From NCBI GenBank assembly GCA_051942245.1, contig JAVECL010000195.1:1-37304 (forward strand): a stretch of 37,304 bases of DNA, given 5' to 3'. Under the pieces are notes generated by a model. That model did no database searches. It was not told the DNA's origin and saw nothing but the letters and a program-made list of their open reading frames with translations. Position 1 is the first letter of the stretch. Every line of letters begins with the position of its first letter. Positions 35,552-37,304 of this stretch are shown piece by piece. Source of the stretch: Trypethelium eluteriae (lineage: Eukaryota). A program made the position numbers and the translations under genes.

Positions 35552-36739
35552 GTCTTATTGAGAGTTAACAACAGCTCAGGCAGTCATACGAAGTAAATCA
35601 ACATATTTCAAGTGTATCTCAGCTGACATTTGAGATACCAAATATGATGGGGAGTAAAGACTTGGACAGACAGGCATCTCACATTCATTTTGGTCCCAGT
35701 CAGCCCATTTGTATTGGTTATGGTATATGTTAGCTTCAAGAAACGCCTCTGGTAAGGCTTCAGAATTTCGATAAAAGCAATATTTGCGTGCATCTTTCCT
35801 ATCTCTACCGTACTGCGGATATGCAGCCAGGTGAGTTCAGCAAGATGCGTTTGACACTACATCGTGCAATCGACACTTGCAAACGCCCCAGAGTAGTAGG
35901 CCCCTTCTTTAAGAAAAGAGACTTTCCAGCAAATTACTCTGGCAACGATCAACCCACTTTTGAAATTCTTCTTTTACCATCTTCCCAATTGCGATCCCCC
36001 CGAAAGTCTGCCTGTGGATTCAAGAAAACAAACTACCTTGCATAGCCATGGGTTACGGTAGTGAGATGTGTTGGCTCCGCGAGGAAATTCTCTGTATATA
36101 ATACTTGGCGTCACTCAGATTGAAGTTGCTGACGGTCCCAGCCTCGACTCGCATCCTCTTTCCACTCGAAACGAACATGAGTCTGACCTCGGCAGGAGAA
36201 GAAGGGAGGAGCTACGTGGCCGTCGTAGCGATTTATGGCGCTACATTTGACGGTAACCTACACTTACTAGTCCGCTCATCTTACGCGCCCAGTGAATACA
36301 ATGCTATGATCCTCCTCCATCAGGCACTAAAGCGACAAGTGCACGAAAAAATCCAGCAGACTTTGAGGCGTACCAATTTTCTATCTGAGTTAGCGGACGA
36401 TGCATCGTACATCGTACGAGGTGATCAGGCCGAGGGCATTTGAGATGAAGTGGAAGAGGTCTTCAGGCCCTGCATCGCGGTGAAAAGAAAAGATCCGCGT
36501 AAGGACAGGTCGAGACTGGGACTCTGTAGAACCGAATATGGTATTTTGATCTCAAAGAAGAGCACTCATATCTTTACAATTCCTGCTTCCACACCAGCAT
36601 ACCTTGCGCGTAGATCGAACGAGCAAGAGTGTCTCAAGTGATGAAATCGGGATGTTCTGCCAAAGACACATAGGAGACATTAATCATTACTGTAGTGACA
36701 CGAATGGTAATCCCTCCCACCTCTTTCTATCCAAGCAGC

Positions 36740-37304
36740 CTATTCACCTCGGAGCTCTTGCCCCTCCCACGCAGTGATAAAGGTTTGCGGCTCTGGTCTC
36801 TTCCTGCTCGCACTAGCTTCTTCGCTCTCAACCACACTTCCTTCTCCGATGACTGTCTTTTCCTCTTTCATGTCATTTTCAGGCGTGGCTACAGCGCTTC
36901 CATCTTCCTCCTTCTTCACCTCCTTAACTGGCGGCACGCCATGCTCAACGCTGGCTAATGTCAGTGTACTCGCATTAACGCCCGCTGGAGGAGGAGAAGC
37001 CAGCTTGAAGGGCATGGCGACACCTCCAATCGCTGGACGGGATGAGTACGGGCTCAAAAATGTCAAACCACCAGTATCGCTACCGACCTGAGCCCCTTCA
37101 GTATTGCTCGAAGGCGTTGTTGGTTGCTCCTCTTGCCCAGTCGGCTCCACTTCACCATGCTGCACCAACTTCTCCGCACTGCCTCCTCCCTCACTCTTTC
37201 CATCAGCCTTCTGATCCTCCGTCGACGTTTGCCCAAGATCCGTAACCGCACTATGGTGACTCCTATTCCTCCCCACCTCCTCCAACCCCGGCCTCGCCTG
37301 CTCC
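36740..37304 (-). CDS. C-terminal part of an acidic, low-complexity hypothetical protein (5' end off the window)
   Basis: The frame is open from the window edge to TAG at 36740. It is E/S/G-rich and ends RPEPQTFITAWEGQELRGE. Confidence 0.6.
   Translation of the reverse strand, partial: EQARPGLEEVGRNRSHHSAVTDLGQTSTEDQKADGKSEGGGSAEKLVQHGEVEPTGQEEQPTTPSSNTEGAQVGSDTGGLTFLSPYSSRPAIGGVAMPFKLASPPPAGVNASTLTLASVEHGVPPVKEVKKEEDGSAVATPENDMKEEKTVIGEGSVVESEEASASRKRPEPQTFITAWEGQELRGE

Noticed and set aside
35600..36700. Possible gene or transposon relic
   Set aside because: Only short ORFs, with no recognisable motifs, terminal repeats or AT-rich RIP signature.

Overview
This is a gene-dense, intron-containing window (about 50% GC) from a filamentous ascomycete (Pezizomycotina) nuclear genome. 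Housekeeping genes are an ArfGAP (partial), SPF30, the redox bZIP YAP1, an arabinitol-dehydrogenase-like SDR, GPI16, LUC7, BFR2 and IND1, plus several hypothetical genes. Highlights: (1) a three-gene accessory block next to YAP1, made of an intact but catalytically degenerate HSL-type alpha/beta-hydrolase, a fungal TF-like gene with no zinc cluster, and an intronless actinobacterial-style flavoprotein disulfide reductase; (2) a Na/K-ATPase-like P-type ATPase with four disabling lesions and one long structured intron; (3) a YAP1 leader with an ATG-free stretch, one short uORF and an ATG-rich UTR intron; (4) a GC-AG first intron and a hidden alternative C-terminal exon in LUC7. All gene models were read by hand from splice signals and remembered family motifs. 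No searches or folding programs were run.
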